Assembly: GCA_029062895.1 (NCBI GenBank)
Contig: JAIDPF010000091.1
Span: 1,502 to 65,501, forward strand
Length of the DNA: 64,000 bases
From: Lachnospiraceae bacterium
Lineage (GTDB): Bacteria > Bacillota > Clostridia > Lachnospirales > Lachnospiraceae
Direction: 5' to 3'
The notes beneath the pieces are model-generated. The model did not search any database and had not been told where the DNA came from. It saw only the letters and a list, made by a program, of their open reading frames with translations. Made by a program: the position numbers and the translations under genes. Position 1 is the stretch's first letter, and every line of letters starts with the position of its first letter. Shown one piece after another: positions 39,103-48,781 of this stretch.

Positions 39103-39831
39103 TCATATATATCTGACATCCTGCTTTTTCAAAAGGCAGATGCCGATACAGGAGATGATTATCCCTATGGCACAGCATAGAAGCGGCATAAAGTGACCGT
39201 GCAAAAGGCTTCCGGCATAATCAATATGATGTTCCAATGATGCCATCTCTTCACTGTCCATGCTTGATAAAAATATGCTGGCACACATCCATATTCCCCA
39301 GAGGATCCAGTAGATGATTAGGCCAAAACGGATGAGGAGGCTGCCTAGGAACAGGCGTATGCCCAAAACTATGGCTGCAAATGCCAGCATCCAGAAGATG
39401 CCGGAAGAAAAGCTGCCAAACAGGGCTGTGAAAAACGGAAGTTCCGGTTCTCTGGAAAAGCCAGAATAGCATAAGGGAATCAGTACGCTGTTTTCCAATT
39501 GAAACAGGAGAAAGCAGAGGATATACAGGATCAGGCTTCCGAGGACGGTTTGGAACAATTCCGTCAGGATATAGTTTTCCCTTGTTGTACTCATGGATAT
39601 GGCAAGTGTAAAATATTTTGTTACGGTAAAAGGACCGCTAATGATCCAGAACATAGCAACGGAAATCAGGGACATTGTACTGGCCAGAGGAAATACAGGC
39701 ATATCGTGCAGTCCGCCCAGGATTCCATACATAAAGATCAGATTTAGAATCAGTCCGATAAGATAGACCAGTCCAGTGATGATAAGTAAGGAAACAAAGT
39801 TTTTTTGAGTGATATTCCAAAATTTTCTCAT
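39103..39831 (-). CDS. ABC-2 type membrane protein (Ytr-like operon)
   Basis: About six TM helices, FTLAISMSTTRENY motif; last gene of the GntR-ABC operon; start ATG 39831. Confidence 0.75.
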   Translation of the reverse strand: MRKFWNITQKNFVSLLIITGLVYLIGLILNLIFMYGILGGLHDMPVFPLASTMSLISVAMFWIISGPFTVTKYFTLAISMSTTRENYILTELFQTVLGSLILYILCFLLFQLENSVLIPLCYSGFSREPELPFFTALFGSFSSGIFWMLAFAAIVLGIRLFLGSLLIRFGLIIYWILWGIWMCASIFLSSMDSEEMASLEHHIDYAGSLLHGHFMPLLCCAIGIIISCIGICLLKKQDVRYI

Positions 39832-39903
39832 ATTGATAACCATGCCTTTCCGTAACCCGCGAATTTTAATGCACTTTAGTGCTATACCGTGGGTACAATA
39901 TTT
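39829..39903 (-). repeat. Dispersed RBS-bearing repeat, full copy
   Basis: 57/66 identity to 58335-58400 (aaatattgt..atagcactaaagtgcattaaaatt.gc.ggttacggaaaggca). Confidence 0.85.
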
Positions 39904-39947
39904 GAAAAACGTATAAATTCGTTTATGAAAAATCTTTGATTTTCAAT

Positions 39948-40562
39948 CTACATTCTGTCGATGGTCCTTTTGCCAAAAAGAGTTACGATCAGACCATAGA
40001 GAATCAGCATGCCTCCAATGATGATCAACCGGGAAGAGGGACCCGATAGAAATTCTGTCATCAGGGAGAAAGAGTTCAGTGCAAAAACAGCTATGCCACC
40101 ATAAAAGATGACCAGGATCAGCATCATTTTTGCATAGCCGAACCGGCGGACCAGAAACCCCATCAGAATTCCCAAAGTAGTAGATAAGAGTTCCGAGATT
40201 ACAAAGGACAGGATCATATCGGCAGTGATGGAGGTGGAAGCAATCATCTTCATGAGCAGAAAGACCGCTAAGCATTCAATTAAGAGCTCTGCTGTGAGAA
40301 TATAAATGCTTAGATAGATATTTCTGCGGGTACATCCCATAGACAGACAAAAATCGATCTGGTATCTGATATACTTTTCGATCAGGGCGCAGGGGAGGAT
40401 GGCCAGAATCGTTTCGAGGTATCCTATTATTTTTTCCGGCGAGTCATTGATAAATGTAGTCAGAAAGATACTGTAGATCAGACCACCCAATATAATGATG
40501 GAAAATATTTTACCCTGATAAAGACTGATAAATTGTATATGACGTTTGAGTCCTTCATTCAT
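39948..40562 (-). CDS. ABC-2 type membrane protein (Ytr-like operon)
   Basis: Hydrophobic, FCLSMGCTRRNIY motif; RBS aaggag. Confidence 0.75.
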   Translation of the reverse strand: MNEGLKRHIQFISLYQGKIFSIIILGGLIYSIFLTTFINDSPEKIIGYLETILAILPCALIEKYIRYQIDFCLSMGCTRRNIYLSIYILTAELLIECLAVFLLMKMIASTSITADMILSFVISELLSTTLGILMGFLVRRFGYAKMMLILVIFYGGIAVFALNSFSLMTEFLSGPSSRLIIIGGMLILYGLIVTLFGKRTIDRM

Positions 40563-40584
40563 AATCTTATGCTCCTTTTAAAAA

Positions 40585-41475
40585 TTAGTTTTCGTCTCCG
40601 CAAAGTGCAATAAATAGATTTTGTAAAGATACCGGCTGTACGGAAATCTCACCGGATGACTGGAATTCCTGGCCATTTTCCATCAGTACCGTAATGCCCT
40701 TGCTACGTCCGACCTTCTCAGGATGGTATGTTTTTAAACCTTTGACTGCCGTGTCAACAGCATCTTCCCTGCCGCTGATATGAACTGCCCTTGATAATAG
40801 GTCTTCTGTGTTTTCTATGAGAAGAATGGCGCCGTCTTTTAACATAATAACTTCTTCAAAAACGGGAGAAGCTTCATCAATAATATGTGTGGAAATCAGA
40901 AAAGTACGTCCGGTTTTTTCATATTCTTCCAACAGCAGTTTGTAAAACTTATCGCGCATGAAGACGTCCAGACCGGCAACAGGTTCATCCAGCAGCGTAT
41001 AATCGGCTTTGCTTGCCAGCGCCAGAATGATGGTAAGCATGGATAGCATACCTTTTGACAGCTTTAGGATTTTTTTCCCCGGTTCCAGCTCAAAGGTTTT
41101 TACAAGACGATCTGCCATTTCCTTATCCCAGTGGGGATAATAAATGGAAGCGGCTTTTAAATAATCTTTTACTTTCATTGAGGCGATTGCGCTTTCCGCA
41201 ACAGGATTCAATTCTCTGGAAAAGCAGATATGGGAAAGTGTCTGCTGATTTTCCCAGACGGTTTCTTCGCCTAACGTAATATCACCGGAGGTTGCGGGAC
41301 ACTGTGCGGCAAGAATGGATAAAAGAGTGGTTTTACCCGCGCCGTTTCTGCCGATCAGACCGTAAATCTTACCGGGCTCTAAGGTAAGATCGATGTTATG
41401 CAGAACTTCTTTTTCGTTATACTTTTTTATAATGTTTTTACACTGTAATGGCATGAGGTCTTTTGCGTTTTCCAT
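40585..41475 (-). CDS. ABC transporter ATP-binding protein (YtrB-like)
   Basis: GRNGAGKTT, LSKGM, LLDEPVAGLD, STH; start ATG 41475. Confidence 0.92.
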   Translation of the reverse strand: MENAKDLMPLQCKNIIKKYNEKEVLHNIDLTLEPGKIYGLIGRNGAGKTTLLSILAAQCPATSGDITLGEETVWENQQTLSHICFSRELNPVAESAIASMKVKDYLKAASIYYPHWDKEMADRLVKTFELEPGKKILKLSKGMLSMLTIILALASKADYTLLDEPVAGLDVFMRDKFYKLLLEEYEKTGRTFLISTHIIDEASPVFEEVIMLKDGAILLIENTEDLLSRAVHISGREDAVDTAVKGLKTYHPEKVGRSKGITVLMENGQEFQSSGEISVQPVSLQNLFIALCGDEN

Positions 41476-41520
41476 GATGATCATTCCTTTCTTCTATACA
41501 TATTTTTACGGCAGATACCA

Positions 41521-41892
41521 TTATTTTTTATCTTCTTCGGCATGGATCATGCGGATCAGGTCTTCTCCGGTTATTCCAAGGCTGTGGGCTTCTTCCATCA
41601 TGGCTTTGAAATAGCGATGGTAGAATTCTTCTTTCCGATGCTGCCTGATCTTTTCCTTTGCTCCGGAGGTCACAAACATTCCAATTCCCCTTTTCTTATA
41701 TAAAATATTTCTATCTACCAGAAGATTGATCCCTTTGGCAGCGGTTGCCGGATTGATGGCGTAAAGCGCTGCAAGTTCATTGGTAGAAGGTACTCGTTCT
41801 TCTTCCAGTAGGATATCCCTGAGAATATCATTCTCAATCATCTCACTGATCTGCAGATAAATTGATTTTTCCTGTGTGAGAATTTCATTCAT
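41521..41892 (-). CDS. GntR family regulator (YtrA subfamily)
   Basis: IYLQI, VPSTNELA, INPATAAKG, KKRGIGMFV; short C-terminus; promoter TTGACA-17-TATAGT on the minus strand at 42107-42135. Confidence 0.92.
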   Translation of the reverse strand: MNEILTQEKSIYLQISEMIENDILRDILLEEERVPSTNELAALYAINPATAAKGINLLVDRNILYKKRGIGMFVTSGAKEKIRQHRKEEFYHRYFKAMMEEAHSLGITGEDLIRMIHAEEDKK

Positions 41893-41896
41893 TACC

Positions 41897-42054
41897 AATC
41901 CTCCATGTCAGAGCAATTTTATTGCGATGACACGCGATGAGAAATCCGCGTAGGCGGTTTCTCATCTGCGATCAAAGCAATTTGAGGCTCTGACTCAAAT
42001 TGCTGATTGAAAAATAAGATATCAATCTTATTTTTCAATCTAATCCTCCATGTC
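41897..42054. mobile_element. Small hairpin-array insertion (MITE/REP-like) flanked by a 13-bp direct repeat
   Basis: aatcctccatgtc at 41897-41909 and 42042-42054; internal stems at 41936-41966, 41976-42004 (11 bp) and 42005-42040 (perfect 16 bp). Confidence 0.6.
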
Positions 42055-42197
42055 GCAGCTCTTCTGCGACTCTTTTTGGTTATTTGGTTCATTACTTGTG
42101 TAACTAACTATATCACCATGTATTACGGATGTCAACATAAAAATTTATTTTTCACTAAAAAAACAGCCTTATTGCTTTGGCAATAAGACTGTTTTTG

Positions 42198-42749
42198 CTA
42201 TTTAATACCATTTTTATTCCATTTTATTGATGTTCTGTATCCGAGTTTTTCATACCATGAAGCTACGTATGTAAAGTGGATATAGCTATAATCAAAACCC
42301 TCTTCTTTTAATTTCTGGGTTACATGCTTTACCATGGTTAATCCGATTCCTTGATTGCGGTACTCCGGCAGTGTTCCCACGCATCCGGGAGCGCCTACTT
42401 TGATCTTTCGTCCATTGATATGATGTGTACCTTTATCATCTATGAGGCAGAAACTTGCAACTTCTCCATCTATAAAGCCGCAATATATTTTGCCGTTTTT
42501 ATTGAAATATTGTACCCAGTCCGGATCCACCTTTTCTACTTTTTTCTGTATTTTATCAAGATCGCCATCGTAATATCCAAATGAAATGCTGCGATCCAAA
42601 AGTTTATCATATTTATGGATATCAAATTCGTTAAGAGGAAGAATCATCTCGTCAAATACATATTCTTCCGGCAGATTTTGAATGGACTCATTTTCAAAGA
42701 AATTTGGAAATAAGCTGTGAAACAATAATATATATTCTTGTTTATTCAT
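42198..42749 (-). CDS. GNAT family N-acetyltransferase
   Basis: GCVGTLPEYRNQGIGL acetyl-CoA motif, WYEKLGY. Confidence 0.88.
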   Translation of the reverse strand: MNKQEYILLFHSLFPNFFENESIQNLPEEYVFDEMILPLNEFDIHKYDKLLDRSISFGYYDGDLDKIQKKVEKVDPDWVQYFNKNGKIYCGFIDGEVASFCLIDDKGTHHINGRKIKVGAPGCVGTLPEYRNQGIGLTMVKHVTQKLKEEGFDYSYIHFTYVASWYEKLGYRTSIKWNKNGIK

Positions 42750-42898
42750 AATATTATCTGGATTCCTTTCTATGTTCTATAAGGATATATAACACTCTGA
42801 TTATACTACAATGTAAGAGAAATGAAAAATATCTATCCTAATTTTGTGCAAAAATTCCTTTGATGTTTCAGAAGAAAAGCAGTAAAGTACATATTAGA

Positions 42899-42946
42899 AC
42901 GTGTGGCAGAACTGCGTAAATCCAGTTATCTGCCATGCGTTTTTTT
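42899..42946 (+). terminator. Terminator in the 5' leader of the MATE gene
   Basis: acgtgtggcaga/tctgccatgcgt with inner aactg/cagtt plus T run, 5 nt before the gaaaggag RBS. Confidence 0.75.
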
Positions 42947-42964
42947 GTTTGAAAGGAGACAGAC

Positions 42965-44428
42965 ATGGAAACAAAAAGTAATTCATTTTTAATGGAGGAG
43001 CCGGTGGGCAGGCTGATGGGAAAATATGCTGTTCCCTGTATTATTTCGCTTCTTGTGGGAGCTTTATACAACATAGTTGATCAGATATTCATTGCCAATG
43101 CCTCATATCTCGGCTCTTATGGAAATGCTGCGAATACAGTGGTGTTTCCGCTGACTGTGATTGCCCTTGCTATTGCGGTTATGGTGGGTGATGGCTGCTG
43201 TGCCTTTGTGAGTCTGAGCCTTGGCAGGAACAAGCCGGAGGATGCGGGCAGCAGCATGGGAAATTCCATCCTGCTCACAGTACTGTTTAGCGTTGTGTTG
43301 TGTGTTGTTTATCTTGCGCTCAGCACACAGATTATTGCGATGTTTGGAGGAACAGTAAATGAGGAGACTTTCCGTCACTCAAAAGAATATTTCTTCTGGA
43401 TTTCCCTCGGCATCCCGTTCTATATGTTTGGGCAGGCGATGAATCCGGTGATCCGCGCAGATGGGAGTCCGAAATATGCCATGGTGTCAACGCTTGCGGG
43501 GGCTGTGGTCAACATCATACTCGACCCGGTTTTTATCTTTGTATTCAAGTGGGGAATGATGGGAGCGGCAGTTGCAACGGTGATAGGGCAGATTGTGACA
43601 GCGGTTCTGGCAATATGGTATCTTACCCATACGAAGATGATAAAGTTATCTCGGAAGAACTTTAAACTGAAAGGGAAGGTTGTGGGCAAGACCTTGTCCC
43701 TTGGAATCTGCAGTTTTTTGTCGCAGATATCCCTTGTGGCGGCAATGGCAGCCATCAATAACATGATCCGGAAATATGGTGCAATGGACGCCATATTCGG
43801 GCAGGAGCAGTATGCGCAGATTCCAATGGCGGTGGTTGGCATCGTAATGAAATTCTTCCAGATAGTCATTTCCATTGTAGTAGGCATGGCGGCAGGTTGT
43901 ATTCCGATTGTGGGGTATAATATGGGTGCAGGGGCAAGTAGGAGAGTCAGGGAACTGTTTACGAAACTGTTGTTATCGGAAGCCGCAGTGGGTGTTCTGG
44001 CACTTATTATTGTAGAGCTTTTCCCGGCCGGACTGATCGGCATATTTGGAGCTGCCAATGAGAGCTCCTACTATACAGACTTTGCGGTCCGGGCTTTTCG
44101 GATTTATCTCTGTATGGTGGTGTTTGCCTGCGTAAATAAAGCGGCATTTATTTTTCTGCAGGCCATGGGGAAAGCTATTGGTTCTACAATGCTCTCTATG
44201 GTCAGGGAGATTGTGTTTGGTGTTGGGTTTGCAATTCTTTTGCCGATGTTTTATGGACTGGATGGGGTTTTATACTCCATGCCGGTATCCGATATTTTGA
44301 CATTTATTATTTCTGTTATTGTCATCCGGGCGACGTATAAGCAGTTGGATGACAGCATGACAAAATCCAGGAAAAACCCAATTACAGGAAGTCTATCATT
44401 TAGAAATCAATTAAATGTTGACAAGTAA
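42965..44428 (+). CDS. MATE family efflux transporter (MepA-like)
   Basis: LVGALYNIVDQIF, IRADGSPKYAM, NIILDP, GAAVATVIGQ. Confidence 0.93.
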   Translation: METKSNSFLMEEPVGRLMGKYAVPCIISLLVGALYNIVDQIFIANASYLGSYGNAANTVVFPLTVIALAIAVMVGDGCCAFVSLSLGRNKPEDAGSSMGNSILLTVLFSVVLCVVYLALSTQIIAMFGGTVNEETFRHSKEYFFWISLGIPFYMFGQAMNPVIRADGSPKYAMVSTLAGAVVNIILDPVFIFVFKWGMMGAAVATVIGQIVTAVLAIWYLTHTKMIKLSRKNFKLKGKVVGKTLSLGICSFLSQISLVAAMAAINNMIRKYGAMDAIFGQEQYAQIPMAVVGIVMKFFQIVISIVVGMAAGCIPIVGYNMGAGASRRVRELFTKLLLSEAAVGVLALIIVELFPAGLIGIFGAANESSYYTDFAVRAFRIYLCMVVFACVNKAAFIFLQAMGKAIGSTMLSMVREIVFGVGFAILLPMFYGLDGVLYSMPVSDILTFIISVIVIRATYKQLDDSMTKSRKNPITGSLSFRNQLNVDK

Positions 44429-44513
44429 TTGGTAGAGGATAAAATGGTACTAGGTATGATTTCAAATGGAGAGAAATCGTAATATCAAGATTTTCTGGTG
44501 GGAGAAGGAACGT

Positions 44514-45683
44514 ATGAAAAAAAGGATATTAAGTATTTTGACATATTTCTGTCTGATGATGGTAATCATAGGCGGATGCGGTGCAGATAATGAAAACTTA
44601 TCTGGACAGTCAGACCGGGAGGAAGATACCGAGGAAGCTGGTGAGAGTTTATCTGAAAGTTCAGATCCGGAGAAGGATACAGAAGAAGAAGAAGTCAGTG
44701 ACAGCATATCGTCAGATATGGCTTCATCTTCGCATCAGCCAGTTTTCCATTTGATCTATCAAACGACTTATAATGCAGACGGAAGTGTTGCTTCGTGGAA
44801 CGAACATGAATATGATGCAGATGGAAATAAGACGAGCTTCATGCGATATAATGCAGACGGTAGTATTGTTTTGTGGTACGGATATGAATATGACGCATCA
44901 GGAAATGTGATAAAATGGACGACTTATAATGCAGACGGCACTGTTGTTTCCTGGGAAGAATATGAGTATGATGCTTTGGGAAATGAGATCAAAATTACGA
45001 GTTATGATGCGGACGGCAGTATTATTTCCTGGGAAGAATATGAATATGATGCAGATGGAAATCAGACCAGATGGACAAGTTATAATCAAGACGGAACTGT
45101 TTCCGAATGGGAAGAATATGAATATGATGCGTCAGGAAATATGATTAAAGAAACAGGATATATTAGAAGCAGCTTTGGTAGTGATATTTGGAAGGAATGG
45201 GAATATGATGCAGCTGGAAATCAGATGAGCTACATGCAATATAATGCAGACGGCAGTGTTGCTTCGTGGTACGGATATGAATATGACGCATCAGGAAATG
45301 TGATAAAATGGACGACTTATCATGCAGACGGCAGCGTTACTGACTGGAGAGAATTTGAATATGATGCAGCTGGAAATCAGATTAGATATACGGATTATCA
45401 TGCAGACGGCAGCACCGGTGGTTATAGCGAATATGAATATGACGCATTAGGAAATGAGATCAAATACACAACTTATCATGCAGACGGCAGTATTTCCAAA
45501 TGGGGCGAATATGAATATGATGCGTCAGGAAATCTGATGAAAGAGACGAGTTATGCTACGGGTGATTTTGGGGGCGAAAAGGAATATGATGCAAATGGAA
45601 AACTGATCAAACAGACGGTGTATAGTCCAGACGGCAGTATTTTCAGTTGGATTGAATATGAATATATGGAGTTTGATAATTAA
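44514..45683 (+). CDS. Lipoprotein with about 12 YD/RHS-like 26-aa repeats
   Basis: Lipobox IIGGC, acidic linker, repeat xYxADGSxxxWxEYEYDAxGNxxxxT; start moved to ATG 44514. Confidence 0.8.
   Translation: MKKRILSILTYFCLMMVIIGGCGADNENLSGQSDREEDTEEAGESLSESSDPEKDTEEEEVSDSISSDMASSSHQPVFHLIYQTTYNADGSVASWNEHEYDADGNKTSFMRYNADGSIVLWYGYEYDASGNVIKWTTYNADGTVVSWEEYEYDALGNEIKITSYDADGSIISWEEYEYDADGNQTRWTSYNQDGTVSEWEEYEYDASGNMIKETGYIRSSFGSDIWKEWEYDAAGNQMSYMQYNADGSVASWYGYEYDASGNVIKWTTYHADGSVTDWREFEYDAAGNQIRYTDYHADGSTGGYSEYEYDALGNEIKYTTYHADGSISKWGEYEYDASGNLMKETSYATGDFGGEKEYDANGKLIKQTVYSPDGSIFSWIEYEYMEFDN
44763..45670 (+). repeat. 78-bp intragenic tandem repeat array
   Basis: tataatgcagacgg recurs at 44769, 44847, 44925; a long identical stretch is shared between units at ~44873 and ~45266 (393 bp apart). 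Confidence 0.85.
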
Positions 45684-45743
45684 ATAAAAATCAGGGAGGA
45701 AGAATTCACCAGATAACGATTAATGAAAAAGAAATAACGCTTG

Positions 45744-45792
45744 AAAAAGCAGACCAGATCTTATGGCAGATTGATCTGGTCTGCTGCTTTTT
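45744..45792. terminator. Bidirectional terminator
   Basis: Perfect 12-bp stem gcagaccagatc/gatctggtctgc with an A run before and a T run after. Confidence 0.8.
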
Positions 45793-45839
45793 TACCCGAC
45801 GAAAACATTTTTGCAGCTTCATTTTTAAGGTTAGGGAGA

Positions 45840-46181
45840 CTACCGCCTTGCAATACGGATTTTCTTTATAAAGATGATTTTTATTGTTTGTTTTATTCCG
45901 TACCATACCGCTAAGGCAAGAACCTGCTGCGCCACTCCCATCAGCCAAACCTCTATTGCGTTTTCTGTTGTCACCGGGAGAGATTCTTTTGAGGATTTTC
46001 TGTTAGTATCTTCTTTCTGTTGGCTTGGGTTTTGAACAACAGATTCTATGGATGTGTCAGTTCCCTGGGAGTATGATTCCTGAATTTCCTGTTCCGAGCT
46101 TGTAGAGGATTTTTCTCCGCAAAAGGTGCAATAGAAGGAGAAAGATGCGATAAATAATAGTGTAATAAATTTTCTGCGCAT
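45840..46181 (-). CDS. Hypothetical exported/membrane protein
   Basis: Signal-like N-terminus, Ser/Glu-rich middle, C-terminal TM plus basic tail; promoter TTGACA-16-TATAAT at 46215-46242 on the minus strand. Confidence 0.55.
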   Translation of the reverse strand: MRRKFITLLFIASFSFYCTFCGEKSSTSSEQEIQESYSQGTDTSIESVVQNPSQQKEDTNRKSSKESLPVTTENAIEVWLMGVAQQVLALAVWYGIKQTIKIIFIKKIRIARR

Positions 46182-46349
46182 ATGTGATATCCTTTGTTAA
46201 TGTATTATGAATTAATTATACCCCCAATAGATGTATTGTCAATGAAAAAATTCGCTATAAGCGAACATAATATAACAATAGTTTGTGTATGCATTAAGAA
46301 AAATCGTATAGAATTTATTACAAATAGTAAGTAATCAGAGGAAAAAATA

Positions 46350-46688
46350 ATGTCTGCTTCTGGCTTGAAAATGGAAATTGGAAAAAGAGTTCACGATTTT
46401 AGAACGGAACATCATTATACACAGGCGCAGTTTGCTGAAATGATGGATGTATCCGTCAATTTTTTGTCTGAAATCGAAAATGGGAAAAAAGGAATGTCAC
46501 AAGAGACCATATGCAGATTGTGCAGTTATTGCGATATCTCGGCAGATTATCTTTTGTTTGGAACAGCTTCTAAAAATGCATGCGCGCAGAATCTTGTAGA
46601 AATAGCTACTTCTTTGAATATTCAGGATTTGGAATTGGTGATAGATTATTTAACTTCGTTGAAAAAAATAAAAGAATTGAACATTTGA
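46350..46688 (+). CDS. XRE-family HTH regulator
   Basis: IGKRVHDFR..YTQAQFAEMMDVSVNFLSEIENGKK...ISADYLLFG. Confidence 0.9.
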   Translation: MSASGLKMEIGKRVHDFRTEHHYTQAQFAEMMDVSVNFLSEIENGKKGMSQETICRLCSYCDISADYLLFGTASKNACAQNLVEIATSLNIQDLELVIDYLTSLKKIKELNI

Positions 46689-46845
46689 TGGCGTATGCGG
46701 TTTCAGGCAGTGGGTCAAGGTAGCCAAAAGCGGTTGTTTGTGTTATACTGACGGAATGGGAAACATGATGTAGACAAAGCCCACTGTTTATCTTGTATAA
46801 TGAAATGGCATGGTTCCTGTAATGGAACATAAGGAGATATCTGTA

Positions 46846-47745
46846 ATGGAAGACACAACAGTTGATATAGAGACGGCGCAAAGTGAATTGATCGGTAACG
46901 CCGCTGATCCTGCTGACTTCTGTGAACGTGTAGAAACAGAGCTTAGAAAGCGTTATCATAAAAAGCTGTTTTCGCCGTTTGCGAAGGCGATCAATACATA
47001 CCAACTCCTGCAGGAGCATGATAAAGTTGCGGTATGCATTTCCGGCGGTAAGGATTCCATGCTGATGGCGAAGTTATTTCAGGAGCTGCAGCGGCATCGG
47101 AAGTTTCCATTTGAACTGGTGTTTCTGGTTATGGATCCGGGGTATCGAGAAGAAAATCGCAGGATGATCGAGCATAATGCAAAGCTTCTTGGGATCCCGA
47201 TCACAATATTTGAATCCGAGATCTTTGATGCGGTATATGAGATTGAAAAATCGCCATGTTATCTTTGCGCAAGGATGAGGCGGGGGCATCTGTATCATAC
47301 GGCAAAGGAACTGGGATGTAATAAAATAGCGCTGGGACATCATTATGATGATGTGATTGAGACGATCCTGATGGGAATGCTTTACGGCGGGCAGATCCAG
47401 AGCATGATGCCCAAGCTGCATAGTACGAATTTTGAGGGAATGGAGCTGATCCGTCCCATGTATCTGATCCGGGAGGCGGATATCAAGCGATGGCGGGATG
47501 AGAACGGACTACAGTTTTTACAGTGTGCATGCCGGTTTACGGAACGCTGCGCAGCACGAGGTGCCGATGAGCCTATGGAATCCAAACGGCAGGAGGTAAA
47601 AGAGCTGATCGCCCGGATGAAAAAAGACAACCCTTTTGTGGAATCCAATATCTTTAAAAGTGTGGAAAATGTATCGCTGGACACGGTGATTGCATATAAG
47701 AAAAAGGGAAAGAAGATATCGTTTCTGGATGAGTATGACAGTTGA
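46846..47745 (+). CDS. ttcA: TtcA-family tRNA thiolation (PP-loop) protein
   Basis: SGGKDS, CYLCARMRRG, ALGHHYDD, LIRPM, CAC; ATG 46846 after aaggag. Confidence 0.8.
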   Translation: MEDTTVDIETAQSELIGNAADPADFCERVETELRKRYHKKLFSPFAKAINTYQLLQEHDKVAVCISGGKDSMLMAKLFQELQRHRKFPFELVFLVMDPGYREENRRMIEHNAKLLGIPITIFESEIFDAVYEIEKSPCYLCARMRRGHLYHTAKELGCNKIALGHHYDDVIETILMGMLYGGQIQSMMPKLHSTNFEGMELIRPMYLIREADIKRWRDENGLQFLQCACRFTERCAARGADEPMESKRQEVKELIARMKKDNPFVESNIFKSVENVSLDTVIAYKKKGKKISFLDEYDS

Positions 47746-47770
47746 TAAGGAAAGGCATGGTTAATTAATA

Positions 47771-48757
47771 ATGGAACAGGATATTAAACAGACGATCGCT
47801 GCTGCTGCTGCGGGGCTTAGCGGGAATTACCGGTCACAGGAGATCTTTGAAGTCAGTATCGGGGTAAAGTTGCCGAATCGTTCGGAGATCATCGAGGTGG
47901 TGGATGAGGTTCGCAGACTGATGTTTCCCGGATATTTTGGTGATGAGAATACGGCTTATGTTTCTCTGGAGAGTTTTGCGGGCAATACGCTGGCGGGAGT
48001 TTATGAAAAGCTGTTTAAGCAGATAAAGACGGCTCTTTTATATAAGATGGGCAGTAAGGATGAATCGCAGGAAATGCAGGAGGCGGAAAGTCGGAGAGAG
48101 GCGGACGCTGCAGACCGGGAAACTCATGAGACAGAGAAGCTGACGGAACAGCAGATCAGAAATCAGGCGGAGGATCTTACTTTGCAGTTTATCGGGCGTC
48201 TTCCGGAGATACAAAAACTTTTGTTCAAGGATGTGGAAGCGGAGCTGGCAGGGGATCCTGCAGCAAACAGTAAGGAGGAAATCATATTTTCCTATCCGGG
48301 AATCTTTGCAATCTTTGTTTACCGAATCGCGCATGAACTGTATCAGCTGAATGTTCCGTATATTCCCAGAATCATGACGGAGTATGCTCATGGCAAGACA
48401 GGGATCGACATCAATCCCGGCGCAGAGATCGGAGAGTATTTTTTTATCGACCATGGTACGGGTATTGTGATTGGCGAGACGACGAGGATCGGTGATCATG
48501 TGAAGATCTATCAGGGTGTGACGCTTGGCGCATTATCCACACAGAAAGGGCAGGCGCTTTCCGGAGTGAAGCGTCACCCGACGATTGAGGATAACGTGGT
48601 CATCTATGCCAATACGACGGTCCTTGGCGGAGAGACTATTATTGGCAGAAATTCCGTAGTAGCGGGCAATTCCTTTGTGACAGAGTCGATTCCGCCTGAC
48701 ACGAAGGTATCGGCATATCTGCCGGAACTGCAGTATAAAAGCAGGAAAAAAGATTAA
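47771..48757 (+). CDS. cysE: Serine O-acetyltransferase (EpsC/CysE type)
   Basis: [44 protein letters not shown]. Confidence 0.9.
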   Translation: MEQDIKQTIAAAAAGLSGNYRSQEIFEVSIGVKLPNRSEIIEVVDEVRRLMFPGYFGDENTAYVSLESFAGNTLAGVYEKLFKQIKTALLYKMGSKDESQEMQEAESRREADAADRETHETEKLTEQQIRNQAEDLTLQFIGRLPEIQKLLFKDVEAELAGDPAANSKEEIIFSYPGIFAIFVYRIAHELYQLNVPYIPRIMTEYAHGKTGIDINPGAEIGEYFFIDHGTGIVIGETTRIGDHVKIYQGVTLGALSTQKGQALSGVKRHPTIEDNVVIYANTTVLGGETIIGRNSVVAGNSFVTESIPPDTKVSAYLPELQYKSRKKD

Positions 48758-48781
48758 ATAGAATGATGTGGAGGTTTTTAG

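Noticed and set aside
44763-45670. Possible CRISPR array or DGR variable repeat
   Set aside because: Repeats are in-frame 78-bp coding units without unique spacers; no cas or reverse transcriptase gene in the window.
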